This document shows positions 38,130 to 51,845 of a stretch of DNA of 64,000 bases, piece after piece; position 1 is the stretch's first letter, and every line of letters starts with the position of its first letter. Location: NCBI GenBank assembly GCA_965287045.1, contig OZ336874.1, positions 66,650,001 through 66,714,000 of the forward strand, given 5' to 3'. Below the pieces are notes generated by a model that was given only the letters and a program-made list of their open reading frames with translations, was not told the DNA's origin and made no database searches. The DNA is from Carcharhinus amblyrhynchos. Its lineage: Eukaryota. The position numbers and the translations under genes are program-made.

Positions 38130-38731
38130 CATCTGTCCTGATCTCCTCATGCTGACACTATAGTTACAAAAGCCCCACTAACTCCTCTACTTTCTCAGAA
38201 GACTAAGGAAATTTGGCATGTCAGCTACGACTCAACAATTTTTACAGATGCAGCATGGAAAGCATTCTTTCTGGTTGTATCACAGCTTGGTATGGCTCCT
38301 GTTCTGCCCAAGACTGCAAGAAACTACAAAAGATCATGCATGTAGCCCAATCCATCATGCAAACCAGCCTCCCATCCATTGATTTTGTCCACACTCCCCA
38401 TTGCCTCAACAGCGCAGCCTGCATAATCAAAGACCCCACGCACCCCGGGACACTCTCTCTTCGACCTTCTTCCATCGGGAAAAAGTTACAGAAGTCTGAG
38501 GTCACGTACCAACCAACTGAAGAACAGCTTCTTCCCTGCTGCTGTCAGACTTTTGAATGGACCTACCTTGCATTAAAGTTGATCTTTCTAAACACCCTAG
38601 CTAGGACTGTAACACTACATTCTGCACTCTTGCTTCCTTCTCTATAAACAGTATGCTTTGTCTGAATAGTGCACAAGAAACAACAGTTTTCACTGTATAC
38701 TAATATGTGACAATAAATCAAATCCAAATCA
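38130..38731 (+). mobile_element. Rex1/Babar-type LINE 3' fragment
   Basis: NFYRCSMESILSGCITAWYGSCSAQDCKKLQKI; AATAAATCAAATC tail. Confidence 0.85.
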
Positions 38732-39718
38732 AGAGATGATAATCTATGCAGAAGATGTTACAACTCATAACCAACAAAACATGTGCAGCATTCTACAATT
38801 GTATAATTTCTTTTTCAGCTACTCACGCCCTATAATTAAAATCTGCTACTTTGGAACCTGTATAGTGCGAGGTTAGCTATCCTTTCATGGACTAAGAGGT
38901 ACATTCCATGCTCCAGTTCACTCCCTTGCCCTTATCCCTAATATATTAATGACTCCATTGATGCTACATCCTGCTCTCACCCCAAACTGGAAAATTGGAT
39001 TACCTTTCCTTAGCTACCTTTTCATTGCTTCAAATAATCCATCCCTGACTTCTCCATTTCCTTTTCTGGGGCTAGACTGTTAAAAAGCCAACTCCGACAG
39101 CAACCTTGTGTATACTTCCTCCAATCCATTTTCTCTAAGGACTCAATTTTTTTTTTAAGCTTTCCCCCCCGTGCCAACTTTGCCATTTCCTCACTGGTGC
39201 TTCCAATGTTTTCGTATTTCCTCCACTAAGAACTCCACTTCACCATGACAGCAGGACCTTCAAACTTGTTGCTCCCTTCCCACACATGAGCCCTCATGTC
39301 AGCCCTTCCCTTCCAGGATTAACAATCGAGTCTTCTCCTCGCCTTCAACCCCATCAATCTTCAGTTTTAAAAGATCACTCTCTGCCATTTCTGCCACCCT
39401 GACATGATGCCACCTTCTTTGCCACTCAAATGATTCCCTCTTGCAATCTGCTCCACTCTTTAATGCCCCCAAAGCCACTCCCTTTCAATTGGTAGCTTTT
39501 GGTGCAAGCACAGATGCAAATCCCATCCATTCGCACCTTTGCAGTGTCCACCATCTCAAACACACCATCCAACTGAAACAGATTTATATGTCTTTCTTTC
39601 AATTTCATACATTGTGAGAATCAAATACAATGTCTCCTCCACATTGGGGAAATTGAAGGCGATTGGGCAATCAATTTTCTGGGCATCTTTGTTCATTCCA
39701 CAAACATGACTTTGACCC

Positions 39719-41411
39719 ATAGAACCATAGAAAATTACAGCTCAGAGACAGGCCTTTTGGCCCTTGTCTGTGCTGAACCATTTTTTGCCTAGTCCCACTG
39801 ATCTGCACTTGGGCCGTATCCCTCCACACCCCTCTCATCCATGAACCCATCCAAGTTTTTCTTAAATGTTAAAAGTGACCCTGCATTTACCACTTTATCT
39901 GACAGCTCATTCCCACCACTCTGCGTGAAGAATCCCCCAATATTCCCTTTAAACTTTTCTCCTTTCACCCTTAACCCATGCCCTCTGGTGTTTTTCTCCT
40001 CTCACCTCACTGGAAAAAGCCTGCTTGCATTCATTCTATCCATACCCATCAAAATCTTGCACACCTCTATCAAATCTCCCCTCAATCTTCTACGCTCCAG
40101 GGAATAAAGTCCTAACCTATTCAATCTCTCTCTGTAACTCAGCTTCTCAAGTCCTGGCAACATCCTCGTGAACCTTCTCTGCACTCTTTCAACCTTAATT
40201 ACATCCTTCCTGTAACTAGGTGACCAAAACTGTACACATTACTCTAAATTTGGCCTCACCAATGCCTTATACAACCTTAGCATAACACGCCAACTTTTGT
40301 CCTCGATACTCCGATTTATAAAGGCCAATGTACCAAAAGCACTCTTTACGACCCAATCCACCTGTGATGCCGCTTTTAGGGAATTCTGCACCTGTATTCT
40401 CAGATCCCTCTGTTCAACTGCATTCTTCAGACTCCTACCATTTACCCTGTATGTTCTACTTTGGTTTGTCCTTCCAAAGTGCAATACCTCACACTTGTCT
40501 GCATTAACTTCCATTTGCCATTTTTCAGCCCATTTCTCTAGTTGGTCCAAATCCCTCTGCAAGCTTTGAAAACCTTCCTCACTGTCCACTACACCTCCAA
40601 TCTTCGCATTATCAGCTAATTTGCCGATCCAATTTACCACATTGTCATCTATATCAATGATCTGGATGATAAACAACAATGGACCCAACACCAATCCCTG
40701 CAGCGCACCATTAATCACAGGCCTCCACTCAGAGGCAACCCTCCACAGCCACTCTCTGGCTTCTTCCATTGAGCCAGTATCTAATCCAATTTACTACCTC
40801 CCCATGTATACCTAGCAACTGAACCTTCCTAACTAACGTCCCAAGAGGGACCTTGTCAAAGGCCTTGCTGAAATCCAGGTAGACGACATCCACCGCCTTC
40901 CCTTCATCCACTTCCCTAGTAACCTCCTCAAAAAACTCTAATACATTGGCAAACATGACCTACCATGCACAAAGCCATGTTGACTCTCCCTAATAAGTCC
41001 CTGTCTTTCCAAACATTTGTAGATCCTATGCTTTATCACACCTTCCAATAACTTACCCACCACTGATGTCAAACTTACTGGCCTATAATTTCCCAGATTT
41101 CTTTTGGAACCTTTAAGCAACAGAACAACATGAGCCACCCTCCAATCATCAGGCACCTCCCCCGTGAATACTGACACTTTAAATATGTCTGGCAGGGCCC
41201 CTGCAAGTTCATTACTAGCCTCCCTCAAGGTCCGTGGGAATACCCTGTCCAGTCCTGGGGATTTATCCACTCTGATTTGCCTCAAGACCGCCAGCACCTC
41301 CTCCCCTGTCATCTGTAAAGGTTCCATGACCTCCCTACCTGTTTGCCCCATTTTCGTAGGCTCCATGTCCGTTTCAGTAAATACAGATGCAAAAAACCCA
41401 TTTAGTATCTC
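39719..41411 (-). mobile_element. CR1 LINE, 5'-truncated, 1.7 kb, with frameshifted RT
   Basis: Consecutive ORFs 40938-41420, 40729-40956, 40239-40769 and 40002-40184 give NYRPVSLTSVVGK, YLDFSKAFDKV, QGLVLGPLLF, LADNAK; CTATGGTTCTATG tail. Confidence 0.95.
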
Positions 41412-41793
41412 TGAAGTCATTTGTGATTTTGTCCCATTCCCAGTCTGACCTCTTACACTCTGTGTTCTACATTTTTCTAATAAAGCTCAATAGAATCTTC
41501 AGAAACAGCCCCACATCTTTTTGAGGCAATTGATAATCTTCCCCAGCATTGATTTCAATTATGAAAAGTTAGTAGGTGTTGGTGATGGTTTCTTTTTAAC
41601 CAATTGTAGCTCAATATCCATTTTTCATTTCTATGTCCCATTTCATCTGCTTTTATCTTGCATCATTATCCCTTTTGTCATTTAATCACTCCTACCCTCC
41701 ACCCTACCAAAGATCTTGCCTTTTGTTCTTTCCTCCCCTGTTCCTCCCAACCTCTGTACTTGCTTAAAAGCTGTTACATCGCTAACTTCTTCC

Positions 41794-41830
41794 AGTTCTG
41801 AAGAGAGGTCATCGACCGGAAACGTTAACT
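41794..41830 (+). ncRNA. Minimal type I hammerhead ribozyme-like motif in the Penelope terminus
   Basis: AGUU-CUGAAGA-GA-GGUC-auc-GACC-G-GAAA-CGUU-AACU; stem I AGUU/AACU, palindromic AACGUU, GUU triplet. Confidence 0.55.
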
Positions 41831-42181
41831 TTGTTTCTCTCTCCACAGATCCTGCCTGACCTGCTGAGTATTTCCAGCATTTTCTGTTTTTATTTCAGAT
41901 TTCCAGCATCCGCAGAATTTTGCTTTTGTTGTAGGTTAATTGGCCTAGAAGACAATTGAAAAATACCCTTGTTTTTCAGTTCCACAGTAATGGATTTGTT
42001 GCATATTGATAAGCTATAACTTCAAAGAGTGGGAGATATTATAGTTGTATTAGAAGAGAAGCTGGGAAGAAGTCATACAAAGACCTTTAAGGCTTTTTCC
42101 TCACGGAATATACCAATTTACAGAAATAATTCTTAAGCAACAGTAGTTTGTGAAGTTACATGAAGCAAAACATGTACATAC

Positions 42182-42288
42182 TTTGTTTCATCCATAACTT
42201 CCACTTCAGCTGGAGCTGTGATTGGTGCATTGGAGTGTCCTGCTGTTGGATCATCTGTATTCAGTTCCCCATTTGTTGAACTAACCAC
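42182..42288 (-). CDS. CSNK1G3: CK1 gamma 3 exon [35 protein letters not shown](K/N)
   Basis: cttgcttttcAG|GTG GTT AGT ... ACA AA|GTatgt; 107 nt, phase 0-2; conserved CK1 gamma tail. Confidence 0.97.
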
Positions 42289-43005
42289 CTGAAAAGCAAG
42301 CAAAGCCAACAGAAATGATCAAAATTTACTTAACCAACTTTTCTACAATGAATTCAATTTTAGGCCACCTTCCCAAGTGTTAATATTGATCTCTTAAAAT
42401 ACAAATTAACTTTACTGTCAAATTACAACAAACTAACTTTACTGTCAATTTTCTGTTGCTTTCTTCACATTTTTAAAAAATTGTCTCTTACACAGGTAAG
42501 TGAAAAAGAGTAAGATCATGAAGCCCTTTTCAAATCCTGACATTTAATGGCACAATGGGCTAAAGAAAAAGGATCTACCACATCTTGATAAAAAAAGACA
42601 AGGTGATTATTTAAATATTAATACTCTGTCTACATAGTGCGTTCTTTCTCAAGAGGTTGCCGATTAACTTGCTTAACAAAGTCACTTCCTTTTTGGTGTT
42701 GCACCAGTGATTGATCAAACTCAAGGTCTTACCATTTGATTGATTGGAAATCAAGTGGCTGAAATCAATTTTAGCAAAGTTGCTTGATGTTCCAAAAATC
42801 ACAGGAGCAACGTAAAAGACAAGGTATTTTAAACTCATCAGTACCACGCTGCAAAAGCTGAAAACTAACAAACCCAGAGAAACAGGAACGTTAACCTTTA
42901 GGATTTTAGCTTTCCAATAAATACCATTTTAGCTCCCAGAATCTACATGTTATATGTTACACAAAGTTACGTTTTAAAGAAATTAAAACAACTCAAGATA
43001 AGAAA

Positions 43006-43280
43006 TTAAAGTTTATTTATTCGTCACAAGTAAGGCTTACATTAACACTGCAATAAAGTTACTGAAATTCCCCTAGTCACCACAATCCTGCACCTGTTTG
43101 GGTCAATGAAGCAGCACGTCTTTCAGATTGTGGGAGGAAACCCGAGCACCCAAAGGAAACCCACACAGACACAGGGCAAATGTGCAAATTCCATACAGAC
43201 AGTGACCCAAGCCAGGAATCAAACCCAGGTCCCTGGCGCTGTGAAGCGGCAGTACTAACCACTGTGCTACCGTGCTGCCC
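43006..43280 (-). mobile_element. HE1-related V-SINE variant with a different 3' tail
   Basis: GGGCAGCACGGTAGCACAGTGGTTAGTACTGCC head; tail GTGTTAATGTAAGCCTTACTTGTGACGAATAAATAAAC. Confidence 0.85.
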
Positions 43281-46200
43281 CAGCAGTGACTGTATTTATA
43301 CATAATATCTCCTTGAGGTTTAAAATTTATACAAAAACATTCCCGTGCAAGACTCAGCTGTCTCAAGTTTTAAACCTAGTTGTCCAAGAAAATATCAACT
43401 AGCCCAAAATTTTAATACCAAATTAACCATATGGAGATTGAAATTTATTAAAACCTCACCAGTAGTTATCCTGTGAGAAATACAACTCTCCCAAGCTTTT
43501 ACAGATCCTGTTAACATAACTAACATTCTACATTACACACTTTCTTCTCAACACCCTAAACACACAATTCTTTAGTGCAGCTTAATTTTCCAAACATGCA
43601 AGGAAAAAGTGGAGGGGAACAATAGTGTTTTTTTTCTGCAAATTAATCAATAAATCAGTCAACTGCAAGCAATTACTTTAATGTTAAAGAATGCAGTTCA
43701 GTCAAATGAATTCAGAAAAACAAAATTTGTGCAAAGAAAACACTACTTGCTGCTTCTGAATAAAAACTAAGTGTTATCACCATAAAAATTAGTTTTCAAG
43801 TAAGAAAATTGCATTGATGGGAGCAGGCACCAAGAGACATCTGACATTTTCTACACAGCTTTAACTGTTAAAAAGGTAGTCACACTATTCCAGGAAGAGA
43901 CAACAACAAATAGTGAGAAATCCAAAGCAATTCACACAAGGTCACTCACCAGGAGCAATCATCATGCCAACTTTGTACTAGGAAAAGATTGCATTTTACT
44001 TCTAAAATTTCATCTAATCATAATTTTACAGACATGGTTACAAGGTGACCAAGCTTAAGAAATAAATATTCCAGAACGCATAACATTTTGAAACAGAATG
44101 GGAGAAGAGGACAGATGGTTCTGATGATAAGGATATCAGTAAGAAAGAACCTTGACTCAGAAAACCAGCAAGTATAATCTGTATGGGTGGGAATTAGGAA
44201 CAGCAAGGATCAGAAAAAGCTGGTGCATGCTGCTTACAGTCCCCTTAGCATCAGTTAAATCATTGGACAGAGTGCTAAACAAAAAATTGAGTTTGTAACA
44301 AAGGCATATACATCAAGTTAGTCAGCTTGGCAAAGCTGATCTGGAAAAGGAAATTATAAAATGAAAATGAAAGAAGGCAAAAAGAAAAAGGGTGATAGCA
44401 CCTCCTCACGAGCAATTCAAGTCAGGTTTAAGTTGATGGATAACAAAATTAGAGCAGTCTTTACAAAGAAAACCATTGCTCAAATAAATGTTGTCATGAT
44501 GGATAACTATTGGATTTAAACTTGAAACCTTCCTTGCACAGGTAAATTCAGCTCAAAATATCTGTACTTTATTTACAAACTACTTTTCTGAACAACTAAA
44601 ATATATAGTACACTCACTCAAAATACCACAGGAAGGTAATGGCAATAGTTAAGACCATTACTCGACCAGAACACATTGTGAAGTTACCATGCTTGACAGA
44701 AAATTTACGACTTGTGTTAAACCATGCTTCAATGTACAAAAAAGCCCCAAGATGCTAGGTACAAGCAAAGGTCATAGAAAAGTTCAAGACGAGTTGAAGA
44801 GAGAGATACTAAAGAGAAGTGACTAAAAGGTTAAAGAAAGAATGGGTTTGAGGCTTAAAAAGAGAAGATGGATACAGAGAGGAGATAAGATCTAGAGAGT
44901 TGAAGGCACTTGCAATTTCCCCAACCTCTCAGGTTTAAGATTCTAATCCTCATATTTAAATTCCTTCATGGCCTCATCCACTCCCAACTATGTAACCTCC
45001 TCCAGCTCTACACCAAAGACCTGGGAGAACTCTCATCTCTTGTGCATTCGCACCTCTCTTTGCTCCAGCACTGAAAACAAGACCAAGACCATCAGCCACC
45101 TAGACTCCATATTCTGGAATGTGCCACACAAGATCCTCCACCACCCTACTTGCCTCTGCTCATACAAGGCACTCTTCAAAAAAAAAATCCACCTCTTTGG
45201 CCAAATATTTGCTCAAACTTTATTTTCTTTGGTTTAATATCATATTTTGTGTGCATCTTTGTGATATTTCCATGGGACATCTTTCTAAGTTAAAGGCACA
45301 ATATAAATGCAAATCGTAACTGTTGGTGAATTAATCCAAATGGAGTAGCCAATATCTCGACAAAGGAACAGACATTGACCATTAACACTTGCAATCACTG
45401 GCACTTAAGCTTGTGAATAGTCAAGTGTGAACTCAATGTTTCACATTGCTAAGTGATGTGATATGCTGTTGATGCTTGTTTAAAATCAACTGGAAGTGTA
45501 AAAAGACAAATTTCTCTTGACTCATCGCGCATGTGCTTTCCATTTCAGAACAAACAGTACACCCAACTGTTCCACGTCTTAAAACAATTCCAAACTCATT
45601 CTTCCTGAATCTGATGCAAGAATATGAAAACAATAATGGATAAAGCAACAGACCTGCAACTCTTTATACTGCCACTGTGGTTTCTGCATTCCACATATAA
45701 CAGATACATACATTCAATATGAAGGGCATGCATGCACCTACTGATCATTCCAGTGACAACTATGCTCAGAATCCAATCCCAGCCCAGACAATAGTACCCA
45801 GCAACTTCTCATGCACCTCAAAGTTGATATTGGATTCAGTGGTCCAGTAGTGGGAGTGCTGGAGCAATAATAATTATTTTCTACCCCTACATCCAATTAC
45901 TGCACCTTAACTATAGTGACAAAGCTTATTAAATATCTCAGCATCTAAACATTTTAAATCATAGTGTATACACATATAGAGTGACAAATATCCAGAACAT
46001 TGCTATGTAGATATGCTCACAAACATACATGCATATGTGGCATTACAGTGTAGGCCAGAACCTCTGTATAAAAATAAAATCCTCATAAACAGAATTTATT
46101 CCTACTTATTTTAAATCCACGCCCTATAGTTATCAACCATCCTGGGAACAGTTCTCCCTTATTTAGTCTGCCAGAGCCCTATATGATTTTCAACACCACA

Positions 46201-47275
46201 ATCCCAGCTTTTCCAGGTCACATTACTAATTGCCCTGCCACTGAGTGTTCCAAATGATGTGGGTTAGAGAGCAAGAGACACTTGGGACCTAGCCACCCAA
46301 CATAATTCAGCCTTAATGTTTTGCCTCCACAGGCAGGACATTACAATGACATGGCAAGTTTATATGTCCACACATTTCAATTCAAGAGTGGACATGGAGA
46401 ACTATAGTTGAATAGTAGATCAGTGCATGGAACAGAGAGATGTACAAAAAATTCAAAGATATTCTTTATTTCAGTATCTTCTCTATGCACACCAATATGC
46501 TGAAGGCCCCAGGCCTCTGATATTGCTGCCATATCATCAATAATTTGTGCTCAGGGTAGCAACTCCTACAGTTCGTTCAAATTCCTGGACTTCACTCCAT
46601 GCTTCATTGCAACAGGAATGGCATCTCAACTTCTAGAAATCACCAGGCCTGACCAGCCATTTTTCCATTTTATTGTAGAGCACAGAGTTTAAATGTACTG
46701 CACCATGCAAGCTCTCATCTTGAGTTCTGACAGCTTGAATTCTGCCCATTGCATATATTCAAAATCACAACCGTCAAAATAACTACAAGACTAGAATCCT
46801 CCAAAGCATCCAGCTTAACAACATTTAAAATTAAATTGTCTTTGTAAAATATGAAGAAAATAAATCAGAGCCAAATTAATGCTGTCTGGAGCAATACATG
46901 AACATGACTACGAAGGCCTCCATGTGCCCAGATGTGAGATTAATTCAGTAAGTCATATCAGCACATTGTTCAAACATGCAAGTTAATGCTGATGCTATCC
47001 ACTTTACAGAGACAGGATTAAAGGGCCTCAAACTGGTTTAACAAAGATATATTTTCTAACAGTTCAGAACTTAACGTTTTGGTATTTAATGTCAGTCGGA
47101 GCAAATAAAGGTATACTAAGATTTTGAGAAAGATATAGACAAAGACAGCAGGATATGTTACACACACCACACACAATGTCTTTTTTGCTGTACATACAGA
47201 AGGATGCAACAACTCAAGACTCCTGAATTAGCCATATAAACATGCAAGGCGGAGAGGCAAAGAAGCAGAAAATAC

Positions 47276-47371
47276 CTGTACAGAACCACCATGTCGGTCA
47301 GCTGCCAGGTGAGCTCTCAAGTGCTGGGGGTTGGTCTGCTGAGTGTCCCAAGCTCCCCTATGGTCTGCTGA
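47276..47371 (-). CDS. CSNK1G3: CK1 gamma 3 96-nt exon [32 protein letters not shown] (probable cassette)
   Basis: aaaatggcAG|TCA GCA GAC ... GTA CAG|GTattt; phase 0-0; close to human [32 protein letters not shown] as recalled. Confidence 0.95.
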
Positions 47372-48483
47372 CTGCCATTTTTATTTTATAAAGCATGCAT
47401 GGAACAGGAAGAAAAAAAATCCCAACAACTCATTAAAAACCTCATGCTGTGGGAAGATTAAAACAACTCAAAACTGTACAAAAAAAATACACAAAAACCA
47501 AAAACAGAAACTAAAACAGAATGATTGCACAGTTTAGTAAAATATTAACATTCATGCATTATGAACTGATGATCACAATATTTAATAACTTCTCATTTTT
47601 GCTGCCACACCTGCAACTTAACATCCAGGTCACTTTACTGATTGAAAATTAAAATTGAGATTTGACCATTGAAATTAATTTTTACAGCTGGGAATACCTC
47701 AAAACCTAATGAAGTTATGGCAAATATAAGATAACAGGTCCAAAATTTTGGTCTGACTGAGAAACCTTCTTGGCCCTTTTCCAGCTGCAAACCTTATGAC
47801 TATGAAACTTTCTAACATCTGCAATTTCACTGTTTAACCATTGTTCGTGGTTGCTCATAAATGGAATTAATCCATATCTTCGTGTTTCTGTAGTACGAAC
47901 ACCACCTGACTTTATGAAACTAAAATTAACATAATGGTCGCATCAATGCACAAAGAAAATGACAGGTAAATTACCTGCCATGTCTAAAATGGCATAATTA
48001 GCATTCACGGAAACGAAGCAGGTATTTTCAAAGGACTGCTCATCACAGCGCTGAATCATAGCAGTTTCCGTGGGTGTAAAAGTGGGTTATTTACACCTTT
48101 TATACAGCTGGGCAGAAAAGAACTGGAAACCATTACAGAACAGACATTTCGGATTTTGTCAGAAGGGAGCATCATCCTGCACTCAAACTTCAGAAGGTGG
48201 CTAGAAAGGGGTACACTCATTTTGGTGAGGCACCTTCCCTCTACCAATTTGGGCTGGAAACACATCAACAACAGACTGCTCCTTGCAAGATTTCAGACAT
48301 GTCGCTTAAAACTGACCACCACAGATGAGCAAAGCAACAAGGTTAAAAAGAGTTTTTAAAACTCTCTACGTATCATTCAGGCTTTTTGTGACATTGACGT
48401 TAATCAGCGGTCACCAGCTGTATGTTGATACTATGGAAATCGAATTTTAAAGAAGTGAAGGTGGTAGTGTGGAGATCAAGAGA

Positions 48484-48700
48484 GTCAGAGTTTTACAGCA
48501 TGGAAAGAAGCCCTTCGGCCCATCATGTCTGCATCAGCAAACACCTATCTCACCTCATTTTCCAGCACCTGGTCCGTAGCCTTGTTTGCTGTTGCATTTT
48601 ATGGACTCAGATAAAGGCTTCTGAAATGTTGAGCATTCCTAACTCTACCACCCTTTTCAGTAGTGAGTTCTAGATTCCCACCACCCTCTGAGCGAAAAAG
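48484..48700 (-). mobile_element. CR1 3'-end fragment
   Basis: TACAGCATGGAAAGAAGCCCTTCGGCCC...TTCTAGATTCCCACCACCCTCTG. Confidence 0.6.
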
Positions 48701-49399
48701 TTTTATACACGCTGATAAAAGGCAGAACGTTAAGTTCAAAGAACCAACTTGCAATGTAGAATTTAAATTGCTGCAGGGATGGTCAATATGTTTGATCATG
48801 CAGAAAGCAGTTTCACTTCCATTAAAAAACATTACATCGTGATGGCGGAGTTGGTATTGTGATATATCAAAGGCAAGAACAAGGAGTGGCTTCATGCTAA
48901 CACATGACATGCAAATACTGAAAGGGAAAGGTCAAGCCAGATGTACGTAGCACATCTGATCCCAGTGATATCAAGTGGAGGAAAGAAAAAACAAGCCAGC
49001 TCAACGTGTAAAGACAAAATAAATTCCATTGCCAAACAAACTGAAAAAATAGTAAGGGGAACAATGGAGAGACTTTTCAGAATGGTAAGAAATTTGCAAT
49101 ATATGTTAAATACCACAGTGAAGGTCCTATCAAATACTAAAGTTAAAAGCTTGTCATTGTCACAAGTAGACTTACATTAACACTGCAATGAAGTTACTGT
49201 GAAAATACTACATAGTTGCCTCATCACTAAAAAGAAAAAAAAACACAAAGGGAATTATTCATACAAAAACCTCAACAGATCACTTCCAGACCCAAAAAAA
49301 CTAACTCCATTGAATGGGATGCTAACTGTGATGGAATCAGATGCACCAGGACTAATTTTAAAAAACTAATCTCAATCAGATCAGATTAGTGCAGAATGA

Positions 49400-50520
49400 A
49401 GTGGAGCCAGACATTTGATTACCACCCAATTCTTATTTAACTTGGTCTAAGGGGCAACGAGCACTAGGAGTTTGGGCAAAAAGACATCAATATCATGCTT
49501 TGCAAAAAGAGAGACAGAAACAACAGCCAGAACTGGTGTGGTGTCATGTTATTTTCTGTCCCTGGTAAGTTGTTTGGAACCATTACCCTTAATAGGCTTA
49601 AACTGGCAACTGATGGTCAACTCTGAAATAAGGAAGAACAAGTCTTGCGCTGATCAGATCTTTACGCTTCATGGATTGAGCAAAGATCAGCAGTTTCCGG
49701 TGGCACTGAACTTCACTTCACCATTCAATAGCATTGATTGAACTTCAACATGGCAGCCTCAAAGTCATTATCGTCAAGATTCTCTGTCAAGATACATAGG
49801 TGTACATCGAGCGCTAGTATTATGCTATCCTATCTTGAAACTCTCCTCTCAACAAAGGGATCATCTCCAGTGTGCCAGTTCAGCCTTTAGCTGACGAAGG
49901 AGGAAGAGTATTTGAGGGTCTGGGTCTCAAACCAGAGATTAAGATTGCAGACCGAGCAACAGTGATCTTTGGAAAACTTTGAAGACTTGGAAAGCCTGAT
50001 AATAGGCACCTCAAAACACTGGCAAAGTATCACTAGTAGTGCCTTCACAAGATCCTCCAATACCCATGGGAAGGCAGGCAGTCCAACATACAATGTGCCC
50101 AGCATTAAAGCGTAATCAATCAAAACTAGTTGCATTGGCAGGACACGTTGCTTTGATGCCTGACACCAGCAGTTCAAAGCATTTGCTCTATTCGAACTCG
50201 GTCATGGCAGAAAAGTTACAAGAGAATAACGGAAACGTTTCAGGGATATCCTCAAAGCACCTTTGAAGGGATCAAATGTGCTTGTCAACTCACAGGGGAC
50301 CCTTGCTTGTGACTGACCAAGGCTCATCCGGGAAGGCACTGAACACAGATTTTAACTGGAATACACAGACCCTAAGGTCAAGATGTCGGAGGGAGTGCAA
50401 AAACTGCCAAACAACCCATTTGCCCAAACTTTCAAGCCCAAAATGTGACAGAATGTATTGGACTCAGTCATCTCTGAACCCAATGAACCAGAGTGGAAGC
50501 AAGTCATAACTGAATCAAAG
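49400..50520 (+). mobile_element. Decayed RTE-type LINE fragment
   Basis: RKNKSCADQIFTL motif; LHWAGHV-like remnant near 50130. Confidence 0.55.
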
Positions 50521-50744
50521 TGACAGCCCAAGTAGTCAAGTGCTGCCTTCTGACTGTTTTAAGCAGAATTAATGTCAGACTAGGCTGCATCCTGTTGTCT
50601 ATGCTTGTTGTAAAGTGTTATTTATGTCATAAATAACCATTCCTGTAGCATCAAGAATATAAGGCAAACAATCTGTCATGCACAACTCAAAGTTGGATTA
50701 CACATCAAAATTTCAAAATCCTAAGTCAAAAAACATAATAAAGT

Positions 50745-51585
50745 ATGAATTAGGAGCAGTTGGCTATTTGGCCCCTCAAGCCTGTTCTGCCATGATAAGA
50801 TTATTGCTGATCTGATTATGGCCTCAATTCCATTTTCCCCATATCTTTAGATACTATAGTTAATCAAGAATCGATACTATAGTTAATCAAGAATCTACCT
50901 AACTCAGTCCTTGAAATATTCAATGGACTGCCTTCAATGTTCTTGGGACAGAAGAAAGAGAATTCCATAGACCACCAACTCAAAAAAATTCTCTTCAGCT
51001 CCATTTTAAATGGAGATCTTTATTTTTAAACTGTGTCCTCAAGTTCTGGTCTTGCTCAAATGGGAAACATCCTCTCTGCATCCAGCTTGTCAAGTCCCCT
51101 AAAAATCTGAAGTGGGACATCACCTCTCATTCTTTCAAACTCTAATGGACACAGGTCCAACCTTTTCTTATAAGGTCACCCCTTCATCTCATGAATCGTG
51201 AACTTTCTCTAAACTGCTTCTAATGCAATTACGTCCTTACTTAAGCAAGGAGACCAAAATGGTGTACAAAACTCCACATGTAGTCTCACCAACACTGTAC
51301 AATTGGAGCAAAACCTCTCTACTTCTATATTCCATAACCCTTGCATTGAAGAACAGACAATTTGCCTTTCTAATCACCTGCCGCACCTACATATTATCCT
51401 GTGATTCATGCACCAAGATATTCACATTCCTCTGTGCCTCAATTCTGCAATCCCTCTCCATTTACTGCTTTTCCATCCTATCTGCTGGACAAGATCCCAT
51501 TTTTCTACATTATACTGCACCTGTCAACCTTCTACCCACTCATTTAACCTATATAAATCACTGTCACCTCTTTACATCCTTCTCA
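50745..51585 (-). mobile_element. CR1 LINE 3' fragment, decayed
   Basis: CR1 tail (GGAGCAG..GGC..TT.GGCCCCTCAAGCCTG) and RT C-terminal remnants; internal 23-bp tandem duplication at 50850-50895. Confidence 0.8.
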
Positions 51586-51845
51586 CTGACTTTAACAATC
51601 AGGACACAAAGTGGACTCATCTTGGCCCCATGGAGAATAAGTGATATGTTGATCTCCAAACAAAATGGAATTAGAAGGCACAAGTGAAAAAAGTCAGGAG
51701 GTAAGCCATATAGAATGCTAGATAACAATCAACACTGCTCCAGCACACTTACAACTACAGGAGCTGGGTGGCTAAAACCCAAAGGAGACAATTGGATACA
51801 ACAGCGAAGAGAAAATAATACCACGTATGGATACATTGCTCCTTA

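Larger units (their letters stand above)
39100..41930 (+). mobile_element. Decayed Penelope-like element (GIY-YIG end plus terminal repeat) interrupted by a CR1
   Basis: HIGE..RRLG-like remnant before 39718 resumes after 41411 and ends in the family terminus CCACAGATCCTGCCTGACCTGCTGAGTATTTCCAGC...TTTGCTTTT. Confidence 0.6.

Noticed and set aside
39719-41411. Functional reverse transcriptase gene or RT-based system
   Set aside because: 5'-truncated, frameshifted CR1 copy with a degenerate catalytic motif (LADN rather than FADD)
50850-50895. 23-bp tandem duplication
   Set aside because: Local slippage inside a decayed CR1, with no sign of function
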